The position numbers and the translations under genes are program-made. A DNA stretch of 63,830 bases, filler included, from Hyphochytrium catenoides (lineage: Eukaryota > Protista > Hyphochytriomycota): assembly GCA_900088475.1 (NCBI GenBank). It is 6 parts of 6 records of this genome, joined end to end, with 100 filler letters (N's around TTAATTAATTAA, not from the genome) between each part and the next. Parts side by side here need not be neighbours in the genome. Positions count along the whole stretch, not along the records: positions 1 to 23,693 come from FLMG01004063.1; 5 more parts are not named here. The stretch is one strand, 5' to 3'. A model generated the notes under the pieces. It made no database searches. It had not been told where the DNA came from and saw only the letters and a program-made list of their open reading frames with translations. Positions 10,427 to 22,700 of this stretch are shown in pieces; the stretch's first letter is position 1; every line of letters starts with the position of its first letter.

Positions 10427-13400
10427 CGTTGCTGATGAGCTGTCTGGGGCTGTCCTCTAATGTAGCTTGTCCAGAAGACGCAGCTACAGGAGAGAATCGC
10501 GCCACCTGACTTTCAATAGTGGAGGAGAAAATAGAATGTCTGTTTAGGTCGATGCCGCAGCGTGCCTAACATTTCTATCTTGTCTTCTTGCCTCTCTTCG
10601 TTACCTCGAGACCGCCGGTTTACTGACTCTCCACACTTGTGCAGTCCCTATCACAATAAACATGTACAGCGACCTGACTCTGGCATCATCATCTATCCCT
10701 TCTCCGGCAGTACAGCTGCAGAAATTTGGTCTCTCCTAGCGATAGAAGTGCAGCTCTAGCTAGGGTTGACTACAATCTTAGGCCCGACAGTTGTTTCTAT
10801 TGTCGTCGCTCTCCTTCTTGGTCGTTCTTCTTCTGCCCACGCCTCTCCTCTCTTCCTTCACCCTTTGCCTCTCCCCGGTAGTTCTACGCTACTTCTTTAG
10901 ACAACAGCTTCTCTCAACCTCAATAATGATCTATCATTATCTTCGTCCTCCGCCCAGGCTGTTGCCAGCAAGATCAGAACTGAATCCTGCAGCTGCACGA
11001 GGACAGGAGGAGGTACAACGCACGGACCGAGGTCATTGAGCTCTTTCTTCCTATTTTATAAATCGTTGTGAAGCCTGGCCTTTATAGGTCACAATGTAGA
11101 GCCTAGGAGGCTCTCCAACCCCGAGGCAGCAGGCGTGGGACTCTGCCAGCGGGTGGCGATACTAAGAAAGGCGGCCTTCATGGTGATGGTCAAGGGTAAA
11201 ACAGTAGTCGAGGGAGGATAACGACAACAACGCAACGCCAGTCATAATGTAAGCGAGCAGGTTGTGTCGAGGAAAACGACAACTTTCTTCTTCTCACAGG
11301 TCGTTCTACTTTCTTATATACTCTCTCTTTCTCTCTTTCTCTCTCTCTCACGCTACTCTTTTCTTCACCCTTACTTTTTCCCTGTGATGTACGCCCTTAC
11401 AAGGATGTTCTGTCTTCCCTCTCTTCTTTCTCTTCGCTCTGTCTCCCATCAAACGCCTTCTGCGGCTCTGAGTGTCCTTGTATGATGTTTTTGAGTGCTC
11501 GTCTCCAGCCTGAGCTGCCGTGGTAGTGGCTGCAACTTAGCCGTGCGAATAAGAAAGATTGTCCATCTCCTCCTCAGTTGTGCCTAGAACTATTGGTAGT
11601 TAGTTACCCAGAATAGGTGTATCTTCCTCAGTAGATCGTTCACCTAGGGACGGCCATTATCCGGATTATTTTTAGGGAGACAGTGCCTGGGGAAGTGAAG
11701 ATCTCTCGCTAGAGGAACCGAGAACACAAAGGAGACAAGAACTGGTGGCTCGACGTAAGTCTGTGACATTTTTGTATGCCCTTACTCTCATTACTGCCTG
11801 ACTGAGTTGCCCTCCTCTTCTTTATGAATAGGAGGCACTGCTTCTCCTTACATCAAACCTAGATCCAGCACCATTGGAAGCTTCGCCCACATTTTTGCCA
11901 TGACCACGCAGTACTCACGCTGTGGAACTATGGCCCAGCCCGTAGACCTCTAGTTCCACTTGCTGTGTGAGCAGGGAGGAACTGTGGACAGGTAGCGTGA
12001 ATGTTGGGACACCGAGGGAGCATGCTGTGCACTGGACAGCACAGGGTAATAAGGAGGACCTGGCACTGGCACAAAGGGCACGCTCCGTCTTCAAAGATGA
12101 TGTTGACCAGAGAGAACTGAGAGGAGAGATCCTGCTCTGCATGTCTGCATGCCGTCATCAACGCCCTGACCTGAGCGTGCCAGAGATGGATTTGGACAGA
12201 GATGTGGGAGGACAGGACCATTAGGCGACATGTCCATGCGTCGTCTACCAGCTCTCTGTACTCTACTTAGTGGCTCTATTGGTCACCAGCTCCATAGACC
12301 GCGGACGGCCAAAGTGGAAGAAAGGCTCGCCTTCACGGGAGGAGAAGGAAGGAGGAGGGATAGTGGGACAGTTTTATGGTGCTGAACGTTGTGGCAAAGG
12401 GCAAAGGGCATGAACGCCACTTCTTACCTCGGTGTTCCGGTCTGATACCGGCAGGGGTGGGCTAATGGAGCTGCTAATGGCTGCCTCTCTAAGCTTTCAT
12501 CCCACGTGCCAGCGCAAGTAGAACCTCTATTGAAGATGGACGTCCTCCCTCTGTGAGAAGGTGCTCTGCGACAATAGCCTACGATAGTGTCCTTCCCTTT
12601 ATCACGCTTTAATAAAAGCTGGCTTCGTCCTCGTGCTCATGTTAAAATCTCCTGTCTCCAGTGGCAAGCTATTATTCTTCGCGTCCTATCTCTGTAGACC
12701 CACAAAGTACAATGCTTGCCACTGCGGATGGTGCATTATCTACAGCGATTGAACTATGGACTCCCCTTCTTCTTTTCAACACCATCGTCCTCCATCCCGT
12801 CATCTTAGGTGGCTTGCCTTCTTCGTGCACATGCTGCCGCTGCCGGAATAGCTAGAAACCTAAACGTTGTTACCTCTTAAACCTGCGTAGAGACTCAGTA
12901 AGCAGACAGTCTCCCTAGTGCGATTCGCGGATTGGTGGCCGTAACATGGAGCTGGTCTAACCACTACTGGAAGATGGAGTGCCGCCCAACCCAAGAAGAA
13001 CTAGCTCATCAGCTCTTCGTGAGTCCACGTAGTGGGCAAAATCTGGTCCCGATAAGGAGCTTATCGGCAAAGCGAGCGGGCTGCTTTAAGCGATCGGACG
13101 TAGTGGCATAAGTTGGAAAGAGGTTAGTACTACCCTGATTGATTGTACACAGTCCTTGATGAGGTCTCCTTCTTCCTCTCCCTCTCAGTCAGCTCCAACG
13201 AAGAACGCGGCGCGGCTTGCTACCTCAGTACACCTCTTCGTCTATCATTTGCTACTTTCTTCTTCTATTTTTTTTCTCCCTAGATTCTTGTCTGTCTCTC
13301 GTCGTCTTCGTCATCATCTTTTCCTTGACAATTTCCCGACAACTTCCGTCGTGGATGGCTACCTCCGCTGGTCTCCTCTACTAACTGTACCATCTCTTGA

Positions 13401-14307
13401 TTGTGCTGAAGCTAACTTTCCGTCATCATGAACTCCTTGTGCATAGTTGTTGGCGTATAACATGGTCCTTCAATGATGAAATCTCCATCAAGCTACCTTT
13501 GTAAGCTCACCACCCTCGTTACCACCATGTCTTCCACACACCAAAAGGACAGTTTTTGAAAGGAGGCTGTTGGCTCATCAGCTGCGCCGCGTGGTGGAAG
13601 ACTGCGGCGGCGATGGTCAGATTGTTAGTGTTTGGAAGAGCGGCGGCACTGCAAGAGTGTTTGTCGTCGGCATTGTGGAAGTTCTGTTCTCTAATTTTGG
13701 CCTTTGGTGGTCGCTGCAGGAAGTGGACCCATCTTTTGATTGTGCTGAATCTATGGACGGAGCCTCCTCCCTCAAGGAGCTCTCTTGGCACTGAACAAGG
13801 CATTGAAGAAGAACTTGACCGTAATGGAGCTATGTTCCAACCAGTTCCTTCCTTCGGCAATGTTCCCTTCTTCATGGTTCTAGTAGACTTGAGGAACCAG
13901 GTGGGAAGATAGCAACGAACGACTGGGTTTCAGCTTCATGATCACTAAAGGACTGAAGAGTAGTGAAGAAGGAGGAAGCTTCCTCACGTTTGGGCTCCAC
14001 GACGCTGGCGAGGGAACGAACCAGGAAAGTTCTTTGCTGTTCAATGTATACTTCCATCGAGTTAGAAGTAGGACTCTACGGGGTGGCTGGCTTGGTGTGC
14101 GTTATCGTACCACTATATTGGCAGTCAGTCGGCGATGGCAGTCTCTTCCATAAGACAAATATCCACCGCTCGAGCAAGGCAGGCCCAGCCTACAGCTTCG
14201 CAATTCCCGTCACTGTCAACCCACCAACGCTCATCCCCTACAAGGAGTCCCTTGATAACGTTAGTCATCGCAAACGTCGTTAGGCCCTAGACTTCATCAT
14301 CATCATC

Positions 14308-14997
14308 ATGGTCAGGGCAACGAATATTGGCGTTCTCGGTTCCGGCCTCGTAGGTGAGACTCTCGCCAATGCATTCTTAGATGCTGGCTATAATGTCATG
14401 AGAGGGTCTCGGGACCCGTCCAAGTATCAAAAATGGCTAGAAGACCAATCGAGCATATCTGGCAGAGGAGCTTCAGCAAAAGCTGGGACGTTTAGTGAGG
14501 CTGCAGCGTTTGGCGATGTTGTTGTCCTGGCGGTCAAAGGTGAAGCAGCAGTCAGTGCTCTGGAACTTGCAGGCACAGAAGCGTTCAAAGGGAAGATCGT
14601 TATCGATACGACCAACCCTATCGCTGGGGAAGGCGTGCCTCCACATGGCGTGCTTCCATACTTCAGCTCCATCAACCACTCCCTCATAGAAGATCTTCAA
14701 GCTAAGTTCCCGGATGCTCACTTTGTAAAGGCATTCTCTAGCGTCGGACAAAATCTGATGTATAAGCCAAGACTTGAAGGCGGTCTACGCCCCACGATGT
14801 TCATCTGCGGCAACGATACCCAGGCGAAGGAGGTGGTCACAGCTATACTGAATGAGTTTGAGTGGGACGTGGAGGACTGTGGCTCTGTTGAAGCGGCGAG
14901 AGCCATAGAACCTTTGGCTATCCTTTGGTGCCTCCGTGGGTTCACCAAGAACGAATGGACGCATGCTTTCAAGCTCCTTCGTGCAGAGAAGTCTTGA
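14308..14997 (+). CDS. NADP oxidoreductase, F420-dependent family (F420_oxidored / COG2085-type dinucleotide-binding enzyme)
   Basis: 229-aa intronless ORF. Rossmann motif IGVLGSGLVG, GSRDP, DVVVLAV, IDTTNP, VKAFS, MFICGND, and ARAIEPL...HAFKLL C-terminus. Confidence 0.9.
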   Translation: MVRATNIGVLGSGLVGETLANAFLDAGYNVMRGSRDPSKYQKWLEDQSSISGRGASAKAGTFSEAAAFGDVVVLAVKGEAAVSALELAGTEAFKGKIVIDTTNPIAGEGVPPHGVLPYFSSINHSLIEDLQAKFPDAHFVKAFSSVGQNLMYKPRLEGGLRPTMFICGNDTQAKEVVTAILNEFEWDVEDCGSVEAARAIEPLAILWCLRGFTKNEWTHAFKLLRAEKS

Positions 14998-17900
14998 GAT
15001 CGCCAGTCTTCATAGAATTATGCTGAGCAGCTGGTGGTAAGAACTATCGAAGTGGCGCTAAACTACTAGGGTTATCACCTCTTCTCACCATGACAACCAT
15101 GAGAGCCGGCGGTGGTGATGTCTATGTTTATGACGAGTCAAATAAAGGAGAATTCTTGATGATGATATACAGTTGTATTGCTCAGTAGTCCTCAAGGGAA
15201 ACTAGAGTCCATTGGCGAGCGTAAACTGACAAGGGCAGCCGCCGCCACAAGAAGGCAAAGTCAGCATCTGAAAGGGAGGAGACGGCCGCTCACGGCACAG
15301 AATCATTTCTCAATGTTCAAAAGGCGGCGATGAAGCATCATCTCCATTCCTCTTCCTGGTAATAGGATGACGGAAGACACGATCCTAGAGCAAGACTACT
15401 ACTGGCTGTCCTTGAAACATTGCCTCACCTGTTGGCGTACCCTCCGGAGTATCTGCAGACCGAGTGATGGTGGTATGTGAACTCTGTTCACTGCCCAGGG
15501 CAGGCTTTGCCGTCCAGAAGTCCACATATAGGGCGGGAGCCTATCACATCTACGAACTGTTATAACGATTGAAGGCATTGTTGACCCTCAAGTGTCTCTC
15601 AAGTTGTTTTGTCTACTCTTAGAAAAGTGTAGTCCGTTCTTAGAATGGCTAGAAGCTGGTAGTAGTATCGCCTCACAAGCCTATGTAGGAGGCAAACTTA
15701 CATCTGCTTCTTCCGCGCCCTTGAAATCAGTGAATTGGTCCACTCTTCTAAAGAGCTGATGATGAGCAATATCTTGCGTGGGTAGACCACCATCTGGGGT
15801 CTGGCGGTATAATGGAAGGTACCGGTAGACGCAACCCTGCCCTGTCTGCGCCGCATGCGCAAAAAGAGCTCTGAAAGGTCTATAGAAAAATACTGGCATC
15901 TGTGCTTCCCTGTCTCTCTCTCCATTTAGATATCGAGGGTGGTAGTGTAGGTGAAGTGTACAGCTGCAGTGTGATAGTGCTGCTGAAGGTATTGATGTCG
16001 CTTCTTCTCCTCAGCAACGAGCTTCGCCCTAAGCCACTCGAGTCGTCGACGGTCTCTAACAAAGCTAGCTAGAGGAAGGGACGTAACCTTCTTCATCAAG
16101 AAGATCATAACTTACGCCGTAGGCACAGGCTGTTTGTGATGAGACGTAAGCTGGATGAGAAGAGAAAGTCAATCAAGTAAGGTTCAGAATCGGCGGTGCG
16201 ATGAGGAATTATGACCCAGAGATGAAAGACGGAGGAATAGGAGAAAGACGTACATGTGATCTTCATTTTACGAGGTGCCAAGCTAATTTTAAACACCATC
16301 ATTGGAATAAATAATGGTCTTTGAAGACCGACAGGAGGACTAACACTACCGAACCGAACTTCAGTTGACCGTTGGCCGTGGTGGTGCAGACGACAAAAAA
16401 GACAAGAGAACCCATGAGGCCAAGCTAATAACGGCGGGGTGCTTCCAAGCAAGGACGAAATAAAAAAAAGAAATGTCCAGACGGAACGGCAATGCGTGAC
16501 GAAGATCCACGAAGAAGAGGTGGCTACAAGCTAGTCCATGTTCATTGAGCGATGACGCAAGCTGATGTCATGAGAAATGAAAGCAGCCGAGCCTCGGCTG
16601 AGCCCTGGCTCCTCCGCCTCTGACCAAGCTCCTCGATCTAAAACTAGGAAGAAGATGCAGTGTTGGCAGGAGGATACTTATCCCAGTCAGTCCGAGCATC
16701 CGAAGAATACTGAATGTTTTTTCTTTTTTCAAACCCCTGAGATCGACAGGTGAGCCGATCATTCCTGCGAGGATTAAAAGAAAGGATTGCGGCCAGTCTG
16801 CTGGCTGCTGCGGGTTGAATAATATCCTTCAATAATAGGGCGGGCGATTATCCTCTTCTTCCGCATTGGCCTGCAACCTTCTCTTCTGGATTCTCCTTGT
16901 GCTCCGCTATCTGTTATTCAGATCCATTGAATCCCTGCAATAGTTAGCAAGTCGTTCTTCTTCGCAGCTCTTCAAGGTGTTTCATAATAGTAACGAATAG
17001 GTTGATGATGACGTATGTCTTCTCCCAAGCCCAGGCTTCCGTCTTCGTCCTAGGGCAGAAAGGGTGCGGACCCTTTCTTCTTCTACTGTACGACTAGAAA
17101 ACCGAAAGAAGAGGCAGTCCAGAAGCTTCCATAATTGGGTCGATCCTCTCCTGATTTTTTCCTCTGAGAGTCCAGGATGCTCTCTTGTGATGGCATGATA
17201 AGGGTGATTGATGACAGACAATAAAGGTAAACTCAGTGACGTATGCGTGTTCCATCCTCTTCCATCCTCAGTCTGCTCCGCCTTTAGAACTATCTTTTGA
17301 TCGTTGCCTTCCAGACAGATTGAGTGTCCTGATCATAGGGAAAGGACCTCTCCTCTGAAGACGAGGGTGGGAAGAGGTCTTTTAACGTCCAAAGTTATTT
17401 AAGTCTTCTTCTATGTTGGCGGCTTGTCAGCTTACTCTCTTGATGACATCATTCACCATCATTGCAAGGCAGCTTCAGAGTGAAGGAGGGAAGTATCGAA
17501 AGGCAGCCCGAGTGATATAGAATGTGATCAGCACTCAGACCAGGGCTTATGTACAGCTCTTGCTTGCCAAGAAGTCGACCGTTGGGGGTGTTCAGACACC
17601 TTTCTACGCCTAACGAACCTTCTAAAAAGAAGGACATCGAGCTCCAGCCAATGAGAGAAGGGCAGAGGCGACGACAGATGTGTAAATATGGGAGCCACGC
17701 GCCACCATAAAGTTAGCGCGAGACCAAAGTCCTGAAAGTACGCTTTCAGAGATACTTGACAGAGGAAGGGACGAGAGCGACGCAGAGCCAGTCCATGTGG
17801 TGATAGGGCTCTGCTTCTACCTCTTCTGTCTATGGAGAAGTGACGGTGGTCAACGGGCAGAAGGAGACTTCGCAGCCATTGGCGATGATCTCAGTGGAGC

Positions 17901-18191
17901 GGCCCATTGGTACATAAGCCCTGTCCGCACTCTTCTGTGTGGAGACTGGACTGACAGGAATGAATGATAACAAAGAGGAAGAGATGTATCGCCCGTCTCT
18001 CTCACCACGGTTCTCAGTCTCCTCTCTTCCGCCAAGATAAACAGGGATCTTCCCCGCCTCGGCTTTACTCTGTCTGCCTGTCCTCTCTCGCTCTGTCTGC
18101 TGCAACTCTCCTCCATCTTCTGCCAGAAGGGGTGGCATGGATAACAGGGTTATCTGTAAACTACTAACTATGACTCCAATGACAAGGACAC

Positions 18192-18273
18192 ATAATACGG
18201 ATTGAAACCTGCATGAATGGCCTAGATTTCTGACCTTGTCGGTCTGTCTTATCCAGGTTTCAATCCGTATTAT
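18192..18273. repeat. Perfect 20-bp inverted repeat with 42-nt spacer (hairpin or MITE core)
   Basis: ataatacggattgaaacctg (18192-18211) is the exact reverse complement of caggtttcaatccgtattat (18254-18273). Confidence 0.9.
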
Positions 18274-18750
18274 TTGTTCCCTAGTTTCCTAGAATAAACT
18301 TACTCTGGTAACCCAGGTGGGCCCTTTCAATAACGCTTGAAGGTGGGGGGAGAAAGGGGGTCCAAAGTTCTCTCCTACTACATCCCACTTATCCCTTATT
18401 CTGAATACCTTTATTCATGCTGAGAATATGCTTTCATTTGATAAAAAGGATCATGAATAGGGCAAGTGGTAAGGTTCCTTGTTAAGTGTGGGTGGGCGAG
18501 GGGAGAGAGACAGAGAGACGGAAGAAAGAGAGAGAGGAGAGAAAATTGAGCCAGAAGTGGAGGTAGATATATATTGTATGGAAAACAAGGTCTAAGAAGC
18601 GAGACAGAAGACATCATAAAGAAAGATTGTCTGTGTAAGAGAGGGAGAGAGAACAAAGAAAGAAAGAAAGAGATAGAAGCAAGGTGGAAGATTCTAGACT
18701 CAGAAGCGGAGGTCCTCGAGTTATCTCTGCAGAAAAGGAGGGAGGGAAAA

Positions 18751-18781
<31 letters not shown>

Positions 18782-19768
18782 NNNNNNNNNNNNNNNNNNN
18801 NNNNNNNNNNNNNNNNNNNNNNNNNNNNCGGCAGTGTCCAACAGAAGTCTCTCGACCCCTCGCCCTTTCCACAACAGACGGCCAGCAGTTGCGGAAGGGA
18901 ATGTGCCAAGCGGTCGTTCTACAGAATAGGGCCTTCTCTATAGTCGCAAAGAATGAGACACAATCTCTTTCTCTCTCTCTCACTCTCTCTCTCTCTCTCT
19001 CTCTCTTTTTTTCTTGTTTGGAGTCTTCCATAAGTGGCAATGAACGAGACACTTCCTCTCTCTCTCTCTCTCTCTCCTCAACACTCTCTCTCTCTCTGGA
19101 TTCTTTGGACGGCTCTCATAAAAGAAAGAATCTCTCTCTCTCTCGCTCTCTCTCTCTCCCCCCTGACGCAGGAGGACGAGGAGACTGAACAGCTCAGTAA
19201 CAACCAGCGATTGCGAGGCCTTCCTTCCGCTGTGACCATCTCCATTTTCCGCCCTTGTCAGCAGATGCCGCACACCTTCCTTCTCTGCCGTCACAGTTTC
19301 TTAAGGTCCATTGATCTCTGTCATCCTGCCAAGCACCTGCTCTTTCTGTTTGGAAGAAGATAGAAAGAGAAGGCCTTCCTCATCCCGTTGTCTAGTTCTT
19401 TCACTGTCAAACGAGTGGCAAATCTAAAGTGCAGGAGCTTGCAGTCTTTTCTTCCCTTCATCAGTTAATCCAGAGAAGAGTTACGTTCTCGTTATTCACT
19501 ACGTTTCTTTCTCTAGTCTCTTTCTCTCTCTCTTGGTCGGTGAAGGCTCTTGAAATCTCTACGGCGACGAGTGATGGGAGACGCAGCAGCGGCTTCCTCG
19601 TCTTAGTTCTTAGAAGTAGCCTACACTGGGCCATATCTCTGCCTCCCTTATCCCTTGTCCTCTTTCTCCCTCCCTTTCTCTTAATCTGAACCATCACGGC
19701 AGCGAAGTGTCAAGGTGCTTTGTTCTTCTTCTTTGTTCAGCTGGGACTTGCAGGCCGTTCCGAAGGCT

Positions 19769-22700
19769 ATGTTTTTTGCTGTAGCAGAAGAATCTTCGCC
19801 GTTCGTTAAGAGCACTGTCGTTGACACCGAACAGAAAGAAGATAGGACTGGAGAGTTCGTGGATGATGAAGGTGGACATGATACTCTTGTCTCTTCCTCG
19901 CCGGCTACCCTGTTGAATGCGAAGGTGCTTAGAAGTCTTCTCTCCAAGGTCGACGGTCTCTCTCTGGACTGCGACGAGAGAGGAAACACGGGAGACTGTA
20001 AGGAAGGACCGGAGACTGTGGAGGAGACTTCTTCATACATTTGCCGGGCAGCTCCACCGACAGAGCTTGACACGTTCTTCTCGCATCCCCTGGTTAACAC
20101 AAGCTCTTCCTCTCCTTGCTCTTGGAGCAGCGTGCGCTCTTTCACCTCGTCTCCTGTAGAAGTAATGGAGCAAGTACGAGAGGAAGAAGAGCCTCTCAGT
20201 AGAGGAGAGAGCTGGGAAGAGATCTTGGCGGGTACTCTCGAAGGAGGGCCGCTTCCGTCCTCTTCCTTTGTCCCTGCAGCAGGCAGGAGTCATGCAGGTG
20301 GGGATCACGTGGTGCAATTCTATGAGTCAGAAGCGCATCTCTACAAGGTAGTGGCCGACTTTATGACGCCTGCACTTCGCAATGGAGACGGTGTCCTTAT
20401 CGCTGCCACTCTGGCCCATCAAGAAGGCTTCAAGCAATTGTTTCGTGCCGCTGGGCTTGACGTGGAGGAGAAGATAAAGAGAGGGCAACTGGTGCTCTTC
20501 GATGCCGCTGAGATGGTAGCGAAGATTGTCAAGGAAGAGGGAATGGTCGACCGAAGACTATTTCTCGATACGATGGCGGAGGCCCTAACAGACCTGCAAA
20601 AGTACTCCCGGACTTACGTCTTTGGAGAGCTCGTGGACGTGCTCTGTAGTGAAGGCAAGCACAGAGAGGCGCTGATGTTGGAGATGCTATGGAATACGGT
20701 CTTAAGACACAGCTTCAGGATCGTGCTTCTCTGTGCCTATCATATGGTAGGCTTTGGAGATGCTGAGTATGGGCAGGCCTTTGAAGACATCTGCTTGGCG
20801 CATTCCCATGTCCAGACAGAAAAGCTCTCAGCTGCTGCTGCTGATGGGGATGAAGCTATAGCCCGGCCGTCGCATAGTTTCACGCTAGCCATGCTCCAGC
20901 AGAAGTCTAGAGCATTGGACATGGAGATTGAAAAGAGAAAACTGGCGGAGAAGGCGTTGCAAGAATGTATGAGACTCTTCTCCTATCATGCCCAAGAAGT
21001 TTTACATAGAGAGAGAGACATGTATCACAATCTCCTCTCTACTTTGCCAGTTGGCATTCTCAAGACCTCAGACGACGGTGCAGATTTCTTCATCAACCCT
21101 CGCTTCTGCGAGATTACCGGGAAGACGGAGGAAGAGATACGGTCAAATACGTGGCTCTCAGCCATCCACCCAGAAGACAGAGTGCAGGTGATGGAGGCTT
21201 GGAGAGTAGCCCGAGAGGTAGAAGGGAAAACAGACAAGCAGGAGTATAGACTGGTGATGAACGACGGCTCTACCCGCTGGGTGGTAGGAGAATGGGTATC
21301 CACCAGCAGGCAGAAGAGAAGCGTTGTCAAAGCAGAAGGGAGGATCATCTGCGTCCATACCATCGTAGACATCACCAAGATGAAGCGGATGGAGCTAGAG
21401 AGATTCAAGGCGCTAAGGAAAGCAGAGGAAATTCAACGAAATAGAGCGATAGAGGCCGACAATCGCAAGCAATATCTCAACCAGTTCGTGGATACGCTGT
21501 GCCATGAGCTGAGAAACCCCTTAGGCGGCATCTACGGGAACGTAGAGCTGTTGAGGGCGGGTCTGGAGAAGAGAAAAGCGTTTCTGAGAGAAGCAAGTAC
21601 AACCCTTTCTCCTATACTGCAACGTGCCATAGAAGAGCAGACGGTTCTTGACGAAGAGTCGCTAGAAGCCATAGAAAAGTGCGTGAGACACCAGAAAGTC
21701 ATCGCGGACGATGTGCTCAACCTTTCTAGGTTAGAGAACGGAGGAGTGAAGCTCCAGCCGGTGGACTTTGAAGTCTGTACCGTGATAGAGGATGTCATTA
21801 AGATGTTTGCTGTTCAGGCACAAGCAAAAAATGTCTCCCTCTACTCGGCGGCGGGCTTTCAGCCTCTTAGGGTGCGAGGAGACGCCTCTAGATTGGCTCA
21901 GATCCTCATCAACCTTATCTCGAATGCGCTGAAGTACACAGAGAGGGGTCGCGTTATCATCAACATTCAAAAAGTCCCAGGTTCGAACGAGCTACTATGT
22001 GGGAGCGTGGAAGACACAGGTCAAGGCATGACAGCAGAAGAGGCAGCAGAGGTCTTTAAGCGCTTTAGTCCTTCAGGGTCCCCTGAGTACGCAGGCTCAG
22101 GCCTGGGTCTATTTATCTGTAAGAACCTGGTGCAACTGATGGGAGGCAAGATCACGGTCAATAGTAAGAAGAACCAAGGATCAAAGTTTTCCTTCACTTT
22201 TAAGGCGGAGCTTCTACAGGACGAAGAGAGAACCTTTTCGGCAACAGAGAAAGCAGTTGCCCTGCCAGTGGAAGCTAACAAGGACAAGCAGCAGACGGGG
22301 AACGAAGCAGCAGCGGGTGGGGAAGACAACTCTCGTGCTCCTTCCTTTGACTCAACAGCGTCTGGCCATCCATCTGTTGAGCATGGGAAGGAAGAAGGAA
22401 ATGGTGAGCAGAGGGCGACGCCTTCCTCGTGTCCTCCCGACTCCTCTCAACGTCGGATCCTGATCGTAGAGGATAATCTGATAAATCAGAGGATGATGCG
22501 GAGGCTGCTAGAAAAGCAAGGATTTTCCTGCGACGTTGCTGGCAACGGGCAAGAAGCCCTGGACGCCTTAGAGCGATCGCTGTCTGCTCTGCCAGAACCT
22601 TCATCATCATCATCCACCCGCTTCACTTTGCAACCCTCCGGTTCCTCCCCCATTCTTCACTCGTCTTATGGCCTGGTCTTCATGGATGTGGAAATGCCGG

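Noticed and set aside
11880-14290. Short coding-like ORFs (11967-12224, 13556-13912 and others)
   Set aside because: Fragmentary and stop-interrupted with no family motif. Probably decayed TE or pseudogene sequence.
15200-17700. Minus-strand pseudogene-like fragments (15681-16108, 16982-17221)
   Set aside because: Could not be assigned or joined into a gene model.
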